Shown in pieces: positions 10,373-20,509 of a stretch of DNA of 64,000 nucleotides. A model generated the notes under the pieces. That model did no database searches and was not told the origin of the DNA. It saw only the letters and a list, made by a program, of their open reading frames with translations. Numbering within the stretch: position 1 is the stretch's first letter; each line of letters starts with the position of its first letter. The position numbers and the translations under genes are program-made. The DNA is from Candidatus Binatia bacterium (GTDB lineage Bacteria > Desulfobacterota > Binatia > HRBIN30), in NCBI GenBank assembly GCA_038245295.1, contig JBBRSP010000011.1:97812-161811 (forward strand). The letters run 5' to 3'.

Positions 10373-11113
10373 ATGGAAATCTCAGCAGGAACGGTTGGTA
10401 TCAAGAGACCGGACGGCACCATGACCGGGTGGCTGGCCCGGCCTCAGGGTGACGGTTCCCACGCCGCGATCATCGTCGTCATGGAGGCCTTTGGGCTCAA
10501 CCCACACATCAAGGATGTTACCGAACGATTAGCCAAACAGGGCTACGTCGTCTTGGCGCCGGACGTTTACTATCGCGAAACAAACGGCGTCGCTGGTTAC
10601 GACCAGCTTCCCGACGCGCTGCGCCTGATGAGTTCGCTCTATGATGCAAAGGTCCTCGACGACATGGCCGCAGCCGTCGCGTTCCTGCAAGCCCAGCCGT
10701 CAGTTCGTCCCGACCGCATCGGCATGACCGGCTTCTGTATGGGAGGGCGCATCACGTTTCTCACCGCCAGCACCAACCCGGCAATCAAAGCAGCCGCGCC
10801 GTTTTATGGCGGCGGGATCAGCACGGTGATGCAAGGCGACGAACATACCCCTAAGCCGCCACTCGCGTATGCCGACTCGCTGCAAGCGCCAATGATCCTG
10901 TTCTTCGGCGAAAACGACCCCTTTATCCCGCTAGATCACGTGGCCGCCATCAAAAATCGTCTGGCCGATCTTGGCAAAGAGGCCGAGACCATCGTCTATC
11001 CGGAAGCCCCGCATGGGTTCTTCTGCGAGGAGCGCGATTCCTATCGCCCCGAGGCGGCCGCCGACGCCTGGCAACGCTTGTTGACGTTTTTTGCCAAACA
11101 TCTCAATCACTAG
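10373..11113 (+). CDS. Dienelactone hydrolase family protein
   Basis: MEAFGLN.HI, GMTGFCMGG nucleophile elbow, APHGF catalytic His. Confidence 0.93.
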   Translation: MEISAGTVGIKRPDGTMTGWLARPQGDGSHAAIIVVMEAFGLNPHIKDVTERLAKQGYVVLAPDVYYRETNGVAGYDQLPDALRLMSSLYDAKVLDDMAAAVAFLQAQPSVRPDRIGMTGFCMGGRITFLTASTNPAIKAAAPFYGGGISTVMQGDEHTPKPPLAYADSLQAPMILFFGENDPFIPLDHVAAIKNRLADLGKEAETIVYPEAPHGFFCEERDSYRPEAAADAWQRLLTFFAKHLNH

Positions 11114-11839
11114 ATGCAACCTGTCGCGATTCGCCAACCCGCCGTTGCGGCGCCCATCGTGCTGACCTGCGAGCACGCATCGTGCGCGATTCCTCTCGAG
11201 TATGATGCCCTCGGCCTCGGCCACGACGAGATCGCGGACCATATTGGCTGGGATATCGGCGCTGCGGATTTGACGGCCACACTGGCGGCGAGCCTCGATG
11301 CCGCCGCCGTTTTCTCCAGCGTCTCGCGGCTCCTGATTGATTGTAACCGATCGCTCCTTGACCACGATCTCATCGTCGAGCACACCCATGGCGTCCATGT
11401 CCCAGGGAATCAAAGGCTCGACGCCGACGAGCGGGCACGTCGGCTGCGCGACTACTACGATCCCTACCACGTGGCGATCGACGCACTGCTGCAGCGCCAC
11501 GGCGCGGCGAATTTGTTGAGCGTCCACAGCTTCACGCCTGAATTGAACGGCCGCGAACGGCGCTTCGATGTCGGCGTTCTGTACGATGAATACGAACGGG
11601 ATGCCCGTCACGTCGGGGAGCACATCGCCGAAAGTGGCCTGCGGGTGCGCTACAACCAGCCCTATTCGGGCCTCGACGGTCTGATCTACAGCGCCCGGAC
11701 GCACGGTGCGAATCACGCTCGGCGTTACATCGAGCTGGAAGTAAACAACGTGCTGCTGCGCGATACGGCAAGCATTAACCGGATCGCGGCGATTGTCCTG
11801 CCGGCGGTACGTTCTTGGATGGAGGCGTCATGCGGCTGA
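11114..11839 (+). CDS. N-formylglutamate amidohydrolase family protein
   Basis: LTCEHAS, HIGWDIGA, SRLLIDCNR, SVHSFTP, NQPY, ELEV motifs. Confidence 0.92.
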   Translation: MQPVAIRQPAVAAPIVLTCEHASCAIPLEYDALGLGHDEIADHIGWDIGAADLTATLAASLDAAAVFSSVSRLLIDCNRSLLDHDLIVEHTHGVHVPGNQRLDADERARRLRDYYDPYHVAIDALLQRHGAANLLSVHSFTPELNGRERRFDVGVLYDEYERDARHVGEHIAESGLRVRYNQPYSGLDGLIYSARTHGANHARRYIELEVNNVLLRDTASINRIAAIVLPAVRSWMEASCG

Positions 11840-12735
11840 TACTGATCGGGCAGGCGGCATTTGCCGAACAGGTTCTGGATCGTTTGCGCGATAAGGGTCA
11901 CGAGATTGCCGCGGTTTACTGCCCACCCGATGGCACGGGCAAGCCGGATCCGGTGAAGGTGCGAGCCCAGGCCCTCGGAATTCCGGTGCACCAGCATGCG
12001 TCGCTGAAGAAGCCCGAGGTGCAACAGGAGTTCGTTGACCTGAACGCGGATCTTGCCGTCCTCGCCTATGTCACGCAAATCGTGCCGCAGGCCGTCTTCG
12101 AAGTGCCGCGACTCGGCAGCATCTGTTTCCACCCGTCGCTGCTGCCGAAGTATCGCGGCGGCAGTGCCATTCCGTGGCAGATCATCAAGGGGGAAACGGA
12201 GACCGGCGTCAGTGTGTTCTGGGTCGACCCTGGTATCGATACCGGTCCGCTGCTCGTGCAGAAGACCGCGACGATTGGCCCAGAGGACAACGCCGCCACG
12301 CTCTATTTTAACAAGTTGTTCCCGATCGGCGTCGACGCCGTGGTCGAATCGGTCGAACTGATCGCCCATAGCAAGGCCCCACGTCTGGTTCAGGATGAAT
12401 CGAAAGCCACCTACGATCCGCTATGCCGCGACGAACACGCGGCGATCGATTGGTCGTGCCCGGTGGAGGACGTTTACAACCGGATCCGTGGCTGCGATCC
12501 GAATCCAGGCGCCTTCACGACAATCAATGGTGCCAAAGTCCGTCTATTCGATGCAAAGCTGGTCGAAGGCCGGTTCCGAGTCGGTGTGATCGAGGATATT
12601 TCTGCCGATGGTTTGCTGATCGGCGCCACCGGAGGCGCGGTGCGTATCAAGCGTGTCCGCGGTGAGGGTGCGAAGCTGAGCGCCCTCGACTTCAGCGCAC
12701 AGACGGGGCTGGGCGCCGGTACGAAGCTAGGGTAG
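11830..12735 (+). CDS. Formyltransferase/hydrolase (Fmt-like fold), most similar to the ALDH1L1 N-terminal 10-formyl-THF hydrolase type
   Basis: LIGQAAFAEQV start, FHPSLLPKYRGGSAIPW, DPGIDTG, RIRGCDPNPGAFT; lacks the FMGTP start of canonical Fmt; ATG 11830 follows GGAGG. Confidence 0.8.
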   Translation: MRLILIGQAAFAEQVLDRLRDKGHEIAAVYCPPDGTGKPDPVKVRAQALGIPVHQHASLKKPEVQQEFVDLNADLAVLAYVTQIVPQAVFEVPRLGSICFHPSLLPKYRGGSAIPWQIIKGETETGVSVFWVDPGIDTGPLLVQKTATIGPEDNAATLYFNKLFPIGVDAVVESVELIAHSKAPRLVQDESKATYDPLCRDEHAAIDWSCPVEDVYNRIRGCDPNPGAFTTINGAKVRLFDAKLVEGRFRVGVIEDISADGLLIGATGGAVRIKRVRGEGAKLSALDFSAQTGLGAGTKLG

Positions 12736-12765
12736 GCCCTTCCACCTGGGTGGTGGCCCGCTACC

Positions 12766-13239
12766 TTAGCCGCCGTACTCCAGCACCATGAGCACCTGGC
12801 CGCCGTTGATCATGTCACCGGCGGCTACGCGTACTTCCCGCACGGTGGCCGCAGCTTCGGCACTGAGACGGGTTTCCATTTTCATGGCTTCCAGAACGAC
12901 GAGTCCGTCACCGACCGCCACCTTGTCTCCAACCTGGACCAGGACCTGAAGGATCTTGCCTGGCATCGGTGCGGTGACTTCGGGGGCGGCGACATGCTCC
13001 ATCGTATGTTCGGCGCCGCTGTGTGGCTCGAACCGGTGCACCTCGCCGCCGATCGCGACCAGCCGGGCTTGCCCATCGCGCGCCGTTGCCACCGTATGCT
13101 GATGGCCGTCGACGACGAGAGCCTCGCCATGCAGACGAACCTCGTGGGTGTGCCCGTCGATCTCGACCACGTATCGATCACCGTCGGCTCGCACGTCGAG
13201 CTCGATCACTCCGTGTTGGTCGCGCAGGCTGATCTTCAT
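12766..13239 (-). CDS. Biotin carboxyl carrier subunit (BT-like region + biotinyl domain)
   Basis: APMPGKI...LEAMKME biotinylation motif; ATG 13239 lies 5 bp after the upstream stop. Confidence 0.9.
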   Translation of the reverse strand: MKISLRDQHGVIELDVRADGDRYVVEIDGHTHEVRLHGEALVVDGHQHTVATARDGQARLVAIGGEVHRFEPHSGAEHTMEHVAAPEVTAPMPGKILQVLVQVGDKVAVGDGLVVLEAMKMETRLSAEAAATVREVRVAAGDMINGGQVLMVLEYGG

Positions 13240-13243
13240 TGCC

Positions 13244-14740
13244 CTACGCCTCTCCCACGCGCCAATGCCCGAGGGTCTGCCACGGCGTGGCGACTTGGTG
13301 AGGTCCACTTGTCCCAGCGGCCGACGGTTGCTTCGCACGTTGTGCCTCAATTGCTGCGGCGATGGCGGCGATGTGGCGATGACGTTGTGGATTCTCCCAC
13401 TTGGGGAAATGTTCGGCGATGAAGTGGGTTTGCGTTGCGCCTTCCGAAAATGCCGTGTGTTCCAATACATCAATGAGGAAGGGAATGGCCGTGGTGCATC
13501 CAAGGATCACGTAGTCGCGCAGCGCGGTGATCATGCGGCGCCGCGCCGCTTCGCGTGTCTCACCCCATACCGCCAGTTTTGCCAGCATCGGGTCATAGAA
13601 AATCGGTACGGTGAATCCCTCGGCGACACCGGAGTCGACGCGTACGCCGGGCCCACGTGGTTCGCGCAGGCGCGTGATCGTCCCAGGACTCGGGAAGAAC
13701 TGCTGCGCCGGGTCTTCGGCGCAAATGCGGCACTCGATGGCGTGGCCGCGTGCGACAATATCTTCCTGACGCAACCAGAGCGGTTCACCCTGCGCGATGC
13801 GCAGCTGCGCTTGAACGAGATCAATGCCGGTAACGAGCTCGGTGATCGGATGCTCGACCTGGAGGCGCGTGTTCACCTCGAGGAAGTAGAACGAATCGTC
13901 GGGGGCCAGCAGGAACTCGACCGTGCCGGCGTTGCGGTAGTTGACCGCACGGGCGATGGCCAGAGCGGCATCGGTCATGGCGCGACGGATCGCCGGGCTG
14001 ACAGCGGGGGAGGGCGTCTCCTCGATGATCTTCTGGTGGCGGCGCTGAATCGAACACTCACGCTCGCCGAGATGCACCACATTGCCGTGATGATCGGCGA
14101 GAATCTGCACCTCGACGTGACGCGGGCGCTCCACGTAGCGCTCGAGGAAAACACGCCCGTCACCGAAGGCGCTCAGCGCCTCGCGTCCAGCTGCGGCGAA
14201 TGCTTCGATGAGATGGACCGCTTGGCGCACGATGCGCATTCCCTTGCCACCACCACCGGCCGCTGCCTTGATCAGGAGTGGATATCCAACCTTTCCGGCG
14301 GCAGCAGTCAGAGCGGCGGGTTCCGTGGGCGGAGCCTCGTCGGCCGGGACGACGGGTACGCCGGCGGCGACGGCCATGCGTCGCGCGTTGGTCTTGTCTC
14401 CCATCGACTCGATTGCCGCCGGCGTTGGGCCGATGAAGATGAGGCCGGCATCGATCACCGCCTGGGCGAACGCGGCGTTCTCGGCCAGAAATCCGTAGCC
14501 TGGATGGATCGCGTCGGCGCCGGTGTGTTTGGCCGCACCGATCAGCTTGGTGATGTTCAGGTAGCTTTCGCTGCTCGGCGGCGGCCCAATGCACACCGCT
14601 TGATCAGCGGCGGCGCGATGTGGCGCCTCGGCGTCGGCTTCGGAGTAGACCGCAACCGTCGACAGGCCCATCTCGCGGCAGCCACGTAGGATTCGGATGG
14701 CAATTTCGCCGCGGTTGGCAACTAGGACTCGTTTGATCAT
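13244..14740 (-). CDS. mccA: Biotin carboxylase subunit (3-methylcrotonyl-CoA carboxylase alpha-like, BC domain only)
   Basis: ANRGEIA, HPGYGFLAEN, GGGGKGMR, ECSIQRRHQK, EVNTRLQVEHP, YDPMLAKL. Confidence 0.85.
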   Translation of the reverse strand: MIKRVLVANRGEIAIRILRGCREMGLSTVAVYSEADAEAPHRAAADQAVCIGPPPSSESYLNITKLIGAAKHTGADAIHPGYGFLAENAAFAQAVIDAGLIFIGPTPAAIESMGDKTNARRMAVAAGVPVVPADEAPPTEPAALTAAAGKVGYPLLIKAAAGGGGKGMRIVRQAVHLIEAFAAAGREALSAFGDGRVFLERYVERPRHVEVQILADHHGNVVHLGERECSIQRRHQKIIEETPSPAVSPAIRRAMTDAALAIARAVNYRNAGTVEFLLAPDDSFYFLEVNTRLQVEHPITELVTGIDLVQAQLRIAQGEPLWLRQEDIVARGHAIECRICAEDPAQQFFPSPGTITRLREPRGPGVRVDSGVAEGFTVPIFYDPMLAKLAVWGETREAARRRMITALRDYVILGCTTAIPFLIDVLEHTAFSEGATQTHFIAEHFPKWENPQRHRHIAAIAAAIEAQRAKQPSAAGTSGPHQVATPWQTLGHWRVGEA

Positions 14741-14755
14741 CGCGTTGCCCCGGGC

Positions 14756-16363
14756 CTACATGCGGAAGACGCCCGGCTTGGTGTCCGGAACCGGTGCGTT
14801 GCTGGCGGCGGCGAGGGCCAGCCCAAGAATATCGCGTGTCTTGACGGGATCGATGACGCCGTCATCCCACAAGCGCGCCGTGGAGTAGTAGGCGCTGCCT
14901 TCCTCCTCGTATTTGGCGAGGATCGGTCGACGAAACTCGTCTTGCTCCGCCTGAGTCATGTCCTGCTTCTTGGCGGCCAATTGCTGCAGCTTGACGGTCA
15001 GCAACGTGTTGGCGGCCTGCTCGCCACCCATCACCGAGATCCGCCCGTTGGGCCACATGAACAGCAGTCGTGGCTGGTAGGCACGGCCACACATGCCGTA
15101 ATTGCCGGCGCCATTCGAGGCGCCGATGACGACGGTGAACTTCGGTACGGCAACCGTGCTCACCGCATGCACCATCTTGGCGCCGTCTTTGGCGATACCG
15201 CCGTGCTCGTACTGCTTGCCGACGATGAATCCGGTGATGTTCTGCAGAAACAGCAGCGGCACTTTGCGTTGCCCGCATAGCTCGATGAAATGAGCCGCCT
15301 TCAAGGATGACTCGGAGAACAGGATGCCGTTGTTGGCGACGATTCCAACCAGGTAACCGTGGACACGTGCGAATCCGGTGACCAGCGTTGTGCCATAACG
15401 CGGCTTGAACTCGTGTAGGCGACTGCCGTCGACCATGCGGGCGATGATCTCGCGCACGTCGAACTGGCGTCGTGCGTCGCGCGGCAGAATCCCGTAGATC
15501 TCTTGCGGATCGTAGGCCGGATCTTCGGCAGCCTCGTGGTCGAGAGAACGCGCCGGTGCGCGGCCAAGATTCTCGAAGATCGAACGGGTGAGCTCGATGG
15601 CGTGTTCGTCATTGGCGGCAAGGTGATCTGCTACGCCGGAGATGCGCGTGTGTACGTCACCGCCTCCGAGATCCTCGGCCGTGACTTCCTCGCCGGTGGC
15701 TGCCTTTACCAACGGCGGACCGCCGAGAAAGATCGTCCCGGTACCCCGCACGATGATTGTCTCATCGCTCATCGCCGGCACGTAGGCGCCGCCCGCCGTG
15801 CACGATCCCATGACAACGGCAATCTGCGGGATCGCCGCCGCGGACATACGTGCCTGATTGTAGAAGATACGGCCGAAGTGCTCGCGGTCGGGGAAGATCT
15901 CTGCCTGCATCGGTAGGAACGCGCCGCCGGAGTCGACCAGGTAGACGCACGGTAAACGATTCTCGAGGGCGATCTCCTGCGCGCGCAGATGTTTCTTGAC
16001 AGTGAAAGGGTAGTAGGTGCCGCCCTTGACGGTGGCGTCATTGGCGACGATCACCGTCTCACGCCCGTGGATGGAGCCGATACCGGTAACCACGCCGGCC
16101 GACGGTGCCTCGTTGTTGTACAGGCCATTGGCGGCCAGAGTCGAGAGCTCGAGAAACGGGGAATCGGGATCAATCAAGGCATCGATGCGCTCACGGGCCA
16201 GCAGCTTGCCACGTTCCTTGTGGCGTCGGCGCTGATCTTCCGGCCCGCCCAGTTGCGCCTGCGCCAAGCGCTCTTGCAGCTCCTTGGCGAGTCCCAGATG
16301 GTGCTGTCGGTTGTCCGCGAACTCGGCATCGGAAGGACGAACTTTCGATTCGATACGTCGCAT
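14756..16363 (-). CDS. mccB: 3-methylcrotonyl-CoA carboxylase beta subunit (carboxyltransferase)
   Basis: [58 protein letters not shown] are typical of MCC-beta; start set at ATG 16363. Confidence 0.88.
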   Translation of the reverse strand: MRRIESKVRPSDAEFADNRQHHLGLAKELQERLAQAQLGGPEDQRRRHKERGKLLARERIDALIDPDSPFLELSTLAANGLYNNEAPSAGVVTGIGSIHGRETVIVANDATVKGGTYYPFTVKKHLRAQEIALENRLPCVYLVDSGGAFLPMQAEIFPDREHFGRIFYNQARMSAAAIPQIAVVMGSCTAGGAYVPAMSDETIIVRGTGTIFLGGPPLVKAATGEEVTAEDLGGGDVHTRISGVADHLAANDEHAIELTRSIFENLGRAPARSLDHEAAEDPAYDPQEIYGILPRDARRQFDVREIIARMVDGSRLHEFKPRYGTTLVTGFARVHGYLVGIVANNGILFSESSLKAAHFIELCGQRKVPLLFLQNITGFIVGKQYEHGGIAKDGAKMVHAVSTVAVPKFTVVIGASNGAGNYGMCGRAYQPRLLFMWPNGRISVMGGEQAANTLLTVKLQQLAAKKQDMTQAEQDEFRRPILAKYEEEGSAYYSTARLWDDGVIDPVKTRDILGLALAAASNAPVPDTKPGVFRM

Positions 16364-16399
16364 CGGCGGCTGCAATAACAATGTTGCGAACGGCCGTCA

Positions 16400-17008
16400 C
16401 TAGCCGGTGACGTAACGGTGCAACATCCACAGGGTTGCGACTGTCATGACGGCGTATGTCCACCACCACCACTCGTTCGTGGCCTCATCGGGCGACACAT
16501 CCGCGTCCGCCTTGTTGGCTACTTCGGGCTCGATGGCTTCCAGGGCCTTAGCATCAAATGGCAGACGCCAGCGCAAGCCGCAGCGCTGACACCGATACAC
16601 GTGCGGCGAGCGCCACGGCATCAGGGCCGATTTGAGCTGATTCGGGGGGAGCGATAATACCGCCGGCAACGACATAGGCAGCAATAGAACCAGGGCGGCA
16701 GACGATGTAGTTCGATTGAGCAGCTTTAGCTCCGCGCTACCGCAACGCGGGCAGACATCCGTCGGCAGCTCGGTTCCGGCGGTGAGGCTGTTGAGGATTG
16801 ACAGAGCTTCCTCTGCCCTTGCTTGATGGACTTGAACCCCAATACCGCCGAGGGCGAGCGAATACTGCCAGTTCAGCGAAGCTAGATGTTCTTCAGGCAG
16901 GAATGCCTCGATGCCCGCTGCCTCGAGCGTGGCACGTGCCATCATCGCCGTGGCAACATCGGCAAAACGCATGATCACCACCAACCCATCGGGGTCCATC
17001 GTGAGCAT
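16400..17008 (-). CDS. DUF2007 domain membrane protein with Zn-ribbon
   Basis: A.MARATLEAAGIEAFL...GGIGVQV...AEEA..IL (DUF2007); CPRC...CQRC; TM segments. Confidence 0.75.
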   Translation of the reverse strand: MLTMDPDGLVVIMRFADVATAMMARATLEAAGIEAFLPEEHLASLNWQYSLALGGIGVQVHQARAEEALSILNSLTAGTELPTDVCPRCGSAELKLLNRTTSSAALVLLLPMSLPAVLSLPPNQLKSALMPWRSPHVYRCQRCGLRWRLPFDAKALEAIEPEVANKADADVSPDEATNEWWWWTYAVMTVATLWMLHRYVTG

Positions 17009-17059
17009 GCTAACAGGCGTGGCGGAAACGTCGACGTGGCGATTGATGTGGTCGTCGCC

Positions 17060-18589
17060 TCAGACGATCAGGGTGAACGTTGTCCCACTCTGGCCTGACT
17101 CGAAGCTTACGCTGCCGCCGCGGGTCTCTGCGACGGCGCGGACGATGGCCAAGCCGAGCCCGGTGCCGCCGGCATCGCGTTCGGTCGTGAAGAAGCGTTC
17201 GAAGACTCGGGCTCGATTGCCGGTGCTGATGCCGGCGCCGCGATCGTGCACTTGGAAGGCAACTTGGGCGTCTCCGAACTTGGCAACGCTAAGGTCCACC
17301 GGTTCCCCGGCGCCGTGGCGCACGGCGTTGTCGAGTAGATTGCGCAACGCCATCTCGAGATGATCGCGCTGCATGGTAAGCCGCTCCGGTGCGAGGCGTA
17401 GGTCGACCCGGACCTGATCGCCATAACGCTGCGCCAAGCCGCGACAGAATGGACCCAGCGCCAACTCCTCGGCGGTTTCCGGAGCACTCTGGATGCGTGC
17501 GAGTTGCAGCAGGCGTGACACCAGACGATCCATGCGCTCGGCATCGGCATTGATGTTGGCGAGGAAGCGTTGCTTCTGCTCGGGACTCATCTGTTCTCCG
17601 CTGTCACGCAACAGCTCGATGGCTCCTTTGATTCCGGCCAGCGGGGTCTTGAGTTCGTGGCTGACGGTAGCGGCGAACTCGGAGATGTATTTGGCGCGAT
17701 CGCTGAGCTGCGAAGTGACGCGCTGCAGGGCCGTCGCCAGACTTTCGACTTCCGCCGGGGCGAAGCCTTGAGGTATCAACGTGCCTACCGGCTCGCCGCG
17801 CGCCATGGCTTCGGCCGAGGCGGTGATGGCGCGCACCGGGCGAGCGATCCGACGCGAAAAGAAGAGACTGACCGCCACTGTTACGGCGATGCACAGGAGG
17901 GCTGCCGCCAACACGGTGAAGCGTAGCTTCCAAACCGCTTCGAGCGGACTGCTGCTGAGACGGGACAGATAGACCACGCCTGTAACCTCGGATCCTTCTC
18001 TTACTGGCAGCGCCATGAACACGCGCACGGAGCTACGCCGACTGAGGCCGGCCCATTGAATGAACTTGGCGCGCGGCAGACGTGCACGAGTCAACGCCGC
18101 ATAGTTTCCATCCAAGGCCTGCCGCACCTCGGGTAGGTCTCCAAGGCAGGCACCGAGGTCACTCGCTGTCGTGGCAACCACGCAGCCCTGCGCATCGAGA
18201 ACCCGCAACGAGCCTAGATTGGCCTGGCGCGCTCGCTGAAGGAGGGCTTGGATGCGCGCCCCGGCCACCCAGGCCGGACCGCTGCGATCGGCAGCCCAAT
18301 GAGTGGGCACCGCGGCGGGGGCGGCAAACTGGTAGTCGAGGGATAACACGCCGTCGATCGGTCGCAGCCCTTCGCGGTGCGGTGCATCGATTCGCCCGGG
18401 ATCGCTGGCAAGCTGTTGCTCCCGCCATGTTTCGCCGATCAGCAGGGCTTCGGCGATCAGCTGCTGCTCGGTTACACGGACCAGGTGACCGTCCCACAGG
18501 TGGAGGAAGGTCACCGCGAACACCGGCAGCAACAAGATGAACGCATTGGCGAGCAGCAGCAGGTAGCGGATGCTGAGGCGCGTCTTCAT
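17060..18589 (-). CDS. Sensor histidine kinase (CreC-like; HAMP + HisKA + HATPase)
   Basis: SHELKTPL H-box, NLLDNA N-box, DRGAGI, FERFFTT, GTGLGLAI; two TM segments. Confidence 0.95.
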   Translation of the reverse strand: MKTRLSIRYLLLLANAFILLLPVFAVTFLHLWDGHLVRVTEQQLIAEALLIGETWREQQLASDPGRIDAPHREGLRPIDGVLSLDYQFAAPAAVPTHWAADRSGPAWVAGARIQALLQRARQANLGSLRVLDAQGCVVATTASDLGACLGDLPEVRQALDGNYAALTRARLPRAKFIQWAGLSRRSSVRVFMALPVREGSEVTGVVYLSRLSSSPLEAVWKLRFTVLAAALLCIAVTVAVSLFFSRRIARPVRAITASAEAMARGEPVGTLIPQGFAPAEVESLATALQRVTSQLSDRAKYISEFAATVSHELKTPLAGIKGAIELLRDSGEQMSPEQKQRFLANINADAERMDRLVSRLLQLARIQSAPETAEELALGPFCRGLAQRYGDQVRVDLRLAPERLTMQRDHLEMALRNLLDNAVRHGAGEPVDLSVAKFGDAQVAFQVHDRGAGISTGNRARVFERFFTTERDAGGTGLGLAIVRAVAETRGGSVSFESGQSGTTFTLIV

Positions 18590-19263
18590 TCGCGTAGCCG
18601 GTAGCCTATCCCGTAGACGGTCTCGACGGGATCGGCGCCGAGGTCGGAAAACTTACGCCGTAGACGACGAATATGACTATCGATGGTTCGATCGGTGATG
18701 GCGTGGTCGAGCCCATACGCCAGATCGACGAGCTCGCCGCGTGAATACACTTTCCCCGGGTGACCCATAAGCGAACGTACAAGGCCGAACTCAGTGGCCG
18801 TCAGGACTACCTCCGTGCCCTTCCAGAGGCAGCGATGGCGCGACACATCCAGGACCAGATCGCCACGTCGAAGCGGAGTCTCCTCTGGAGATGCTCCGGC
18901 ATCGCTGCCGCGCCGCAGGATGGCTTTGACGCGGGCCACCAGCTCGCGCGGGCTAAAAGGCTTGGTGACATAGTCATCGCCACCCAACTCGAGGCCGAGG
19001 ACGCGATCAATTTCGTCGTCTCGACTCGAAAGGAAGAGGATGGGGACGCGGCTTTTCTCGCGAAGCTTACGGCAAACTTCGATGCCGTCGAGCTCCGGCA
19101 TGAGGATATCGAGTACGACGACGTCGGCCGGATGGTCGGCAAATGCTGCCAGGGCAGCCTTGCCATCGGCCGCTTCGCGTACCGTGTGTCCGGCTTGCAC
19201 AAGCGCGAAGCGCAGCACCTCGCGGATGTGACCGTCATCGTCGACTACGAGAATCTTCGCCAC
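18586..19263 (-). CDS. OmpR-family response regulator
   Basis: LVVDDD, VLDILMP, DDYVTKPF, RTIDSHIRRLR, TVYGIGY; overlaps the kinase start by 4 bp. Confidence 0.96.
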   Translation of the reverse strand: MAKILVVDDDGHIREVLRFALVQAGHTVREAADGKAALAAFADHPADVVVLDILMPELDGIEVCRKLREKSRVPILFLSSRDDEIDRVLGLELGGDDYVTKPFSPRELVARVKAILRRGSDAGASPEETPLRRGDLVLDVSRHRCLWKGTEVVLTATEFGLVRSLMGHPGKVYSRGELVDLAYGLDHAITDRTIDSHIRRLRRKFSDLGADPVETVYGIGYRLRE

Positions 19264-19599
19264 GCATCACCCCTCTATACGGAAGTCCACGTCGCGCCAA
19301 CGCTCAAACCAGGACGCCATGCACGACCTGAGGTCAGGCTCTCCCCTGTGAACGGAGTTGGCGAAGGGCGAGTTGGGTCAAACTCGTGCACGCCACGGCA
19401 CAGCAAGGTCGATCCCCGTGCGCCGCCGGAACCTTGGTGGTGTCATGTAGTCTCTACATGGTCGCTGGCGAATTGTAATCGTTGCAGACCTCCGTGTGCT
19501 TGAACCGCACACGTTGCGGAAGGCGGCGCGATGGCACGCGGAGCTGATCAGTGCCGGGACGATGTGCAACTGAGCCGATTCGACGGCCCACACCTCGCC

Positions 19600-20298
19600 T
19601 CAGTTTGGCTGATCGCCACTCTGGTGAGGGCTGTGGGACGGCAGGGCCTGCGCCGACGTCCACGACACCGCTGGAGTCTGCGGCGTGGCGCAGGCATTTC
19701 CAACCGGGGTACAGGCACTCCAAGCCTCGGGCGGCAGGGGATCATCCCCGTATCGACTCCGCTGGCATAGCCCACTGGCGCGACGATAGAGATTCTCGAT
19801 CGCGACGGCCTCGACCTCGTGTTCCCCAGGGTTGATGCCACGGCAGTCTTGCACGGCGTGGACGATCTCGTGCAGCAGCGAAGCAGTGGGGTCGCGGTAG
19901 ACTGGTTCTGTGACGTCGCCGTCGCACCCTTCTTCTAGTTCCGTACGCAGAGAAGGGTTCCAGGAAATAACGCCGGTTTGGCGGTCGAATACATTTCGAC
20001 CAATTTCCGAATCGGCACAAATTTCAAAACGCCGCCCAGGGCACTGATCCAACTCTTCCAACAAGGCGGCAATCTGCAGGGGTTGTCCGCAAGCATCCGC
20101 GGTAGTTTGCAGCGTCTGCAGGGCAGGCGTGACCACTTCGACGGCCTGTGCCTCGACGATCAACTCCGCGGCGGCGGATCGGTGCAAGACCGCCACGAGG
20201 GTGGCACACAGCAGCCGGCGCAGTAGGCGACTCCGGCAGCTGGCTAGCCACTCCCCTGGGACAGTCCGCGACGGGGCGGGTTCGGTCTCGTATTTCAT
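19600..20298 (-). CDS. Secreted HEXXH zinc metallopeptidase-like protein (M91-like)
   Basis: Signal-like segment ending SAAA; WNP...LLHEIVHA...E...ENLYRRASGLCQRSRY; start uncertain (20379 or 20298). Confidence 0.6.
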   Translation of the reverse strand: MKYETEPAPSRTVPGEWLASCRSRLLRRLLCATLVAVLHRSAAAELIVEAQAVEVVTPALQTLQTTADACGQPLQIAALLEELDQCPGRRFEICADSEIGRNVFDRQTGVISWNPSLRTELEEGCDGDVTEPVYRDPTASLLHEIVHAVQDCRGINPGEHEVEAVAIENLYRRASGLCQRSRYGDDPLPPEAWSACTPVGNACATPQTPAVSWTSAQALPSHSPHQSGDQPN

Positions 20299-20509
20299 CT
20301 TCAAGATCGGTTCGCACCTGTGTCCGCCGGTTGTCGTGCGGACGGAATTTTCCTTCACATACTCGTCTTCGACAGGCAACCGAAAAAGGCGAAAAGGCGC
20401 TTCCAGGAATTCCGACGCCCTTCGCGTTGACGCTTCGAAGCAGCTGTCGCCGAGGCGATCGGAGATTCAGCGTTGAGTCAGGCGGATTCGCACATTAGGG
20501 TGTCACACC

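Noticed and set aside
11830-12735. Calling this gene fmt (Met-tRNA formyltransferase)
   Set aside because: N-terminal motif and operon context differ from canonical fmt (no def, no FMGTP motif)
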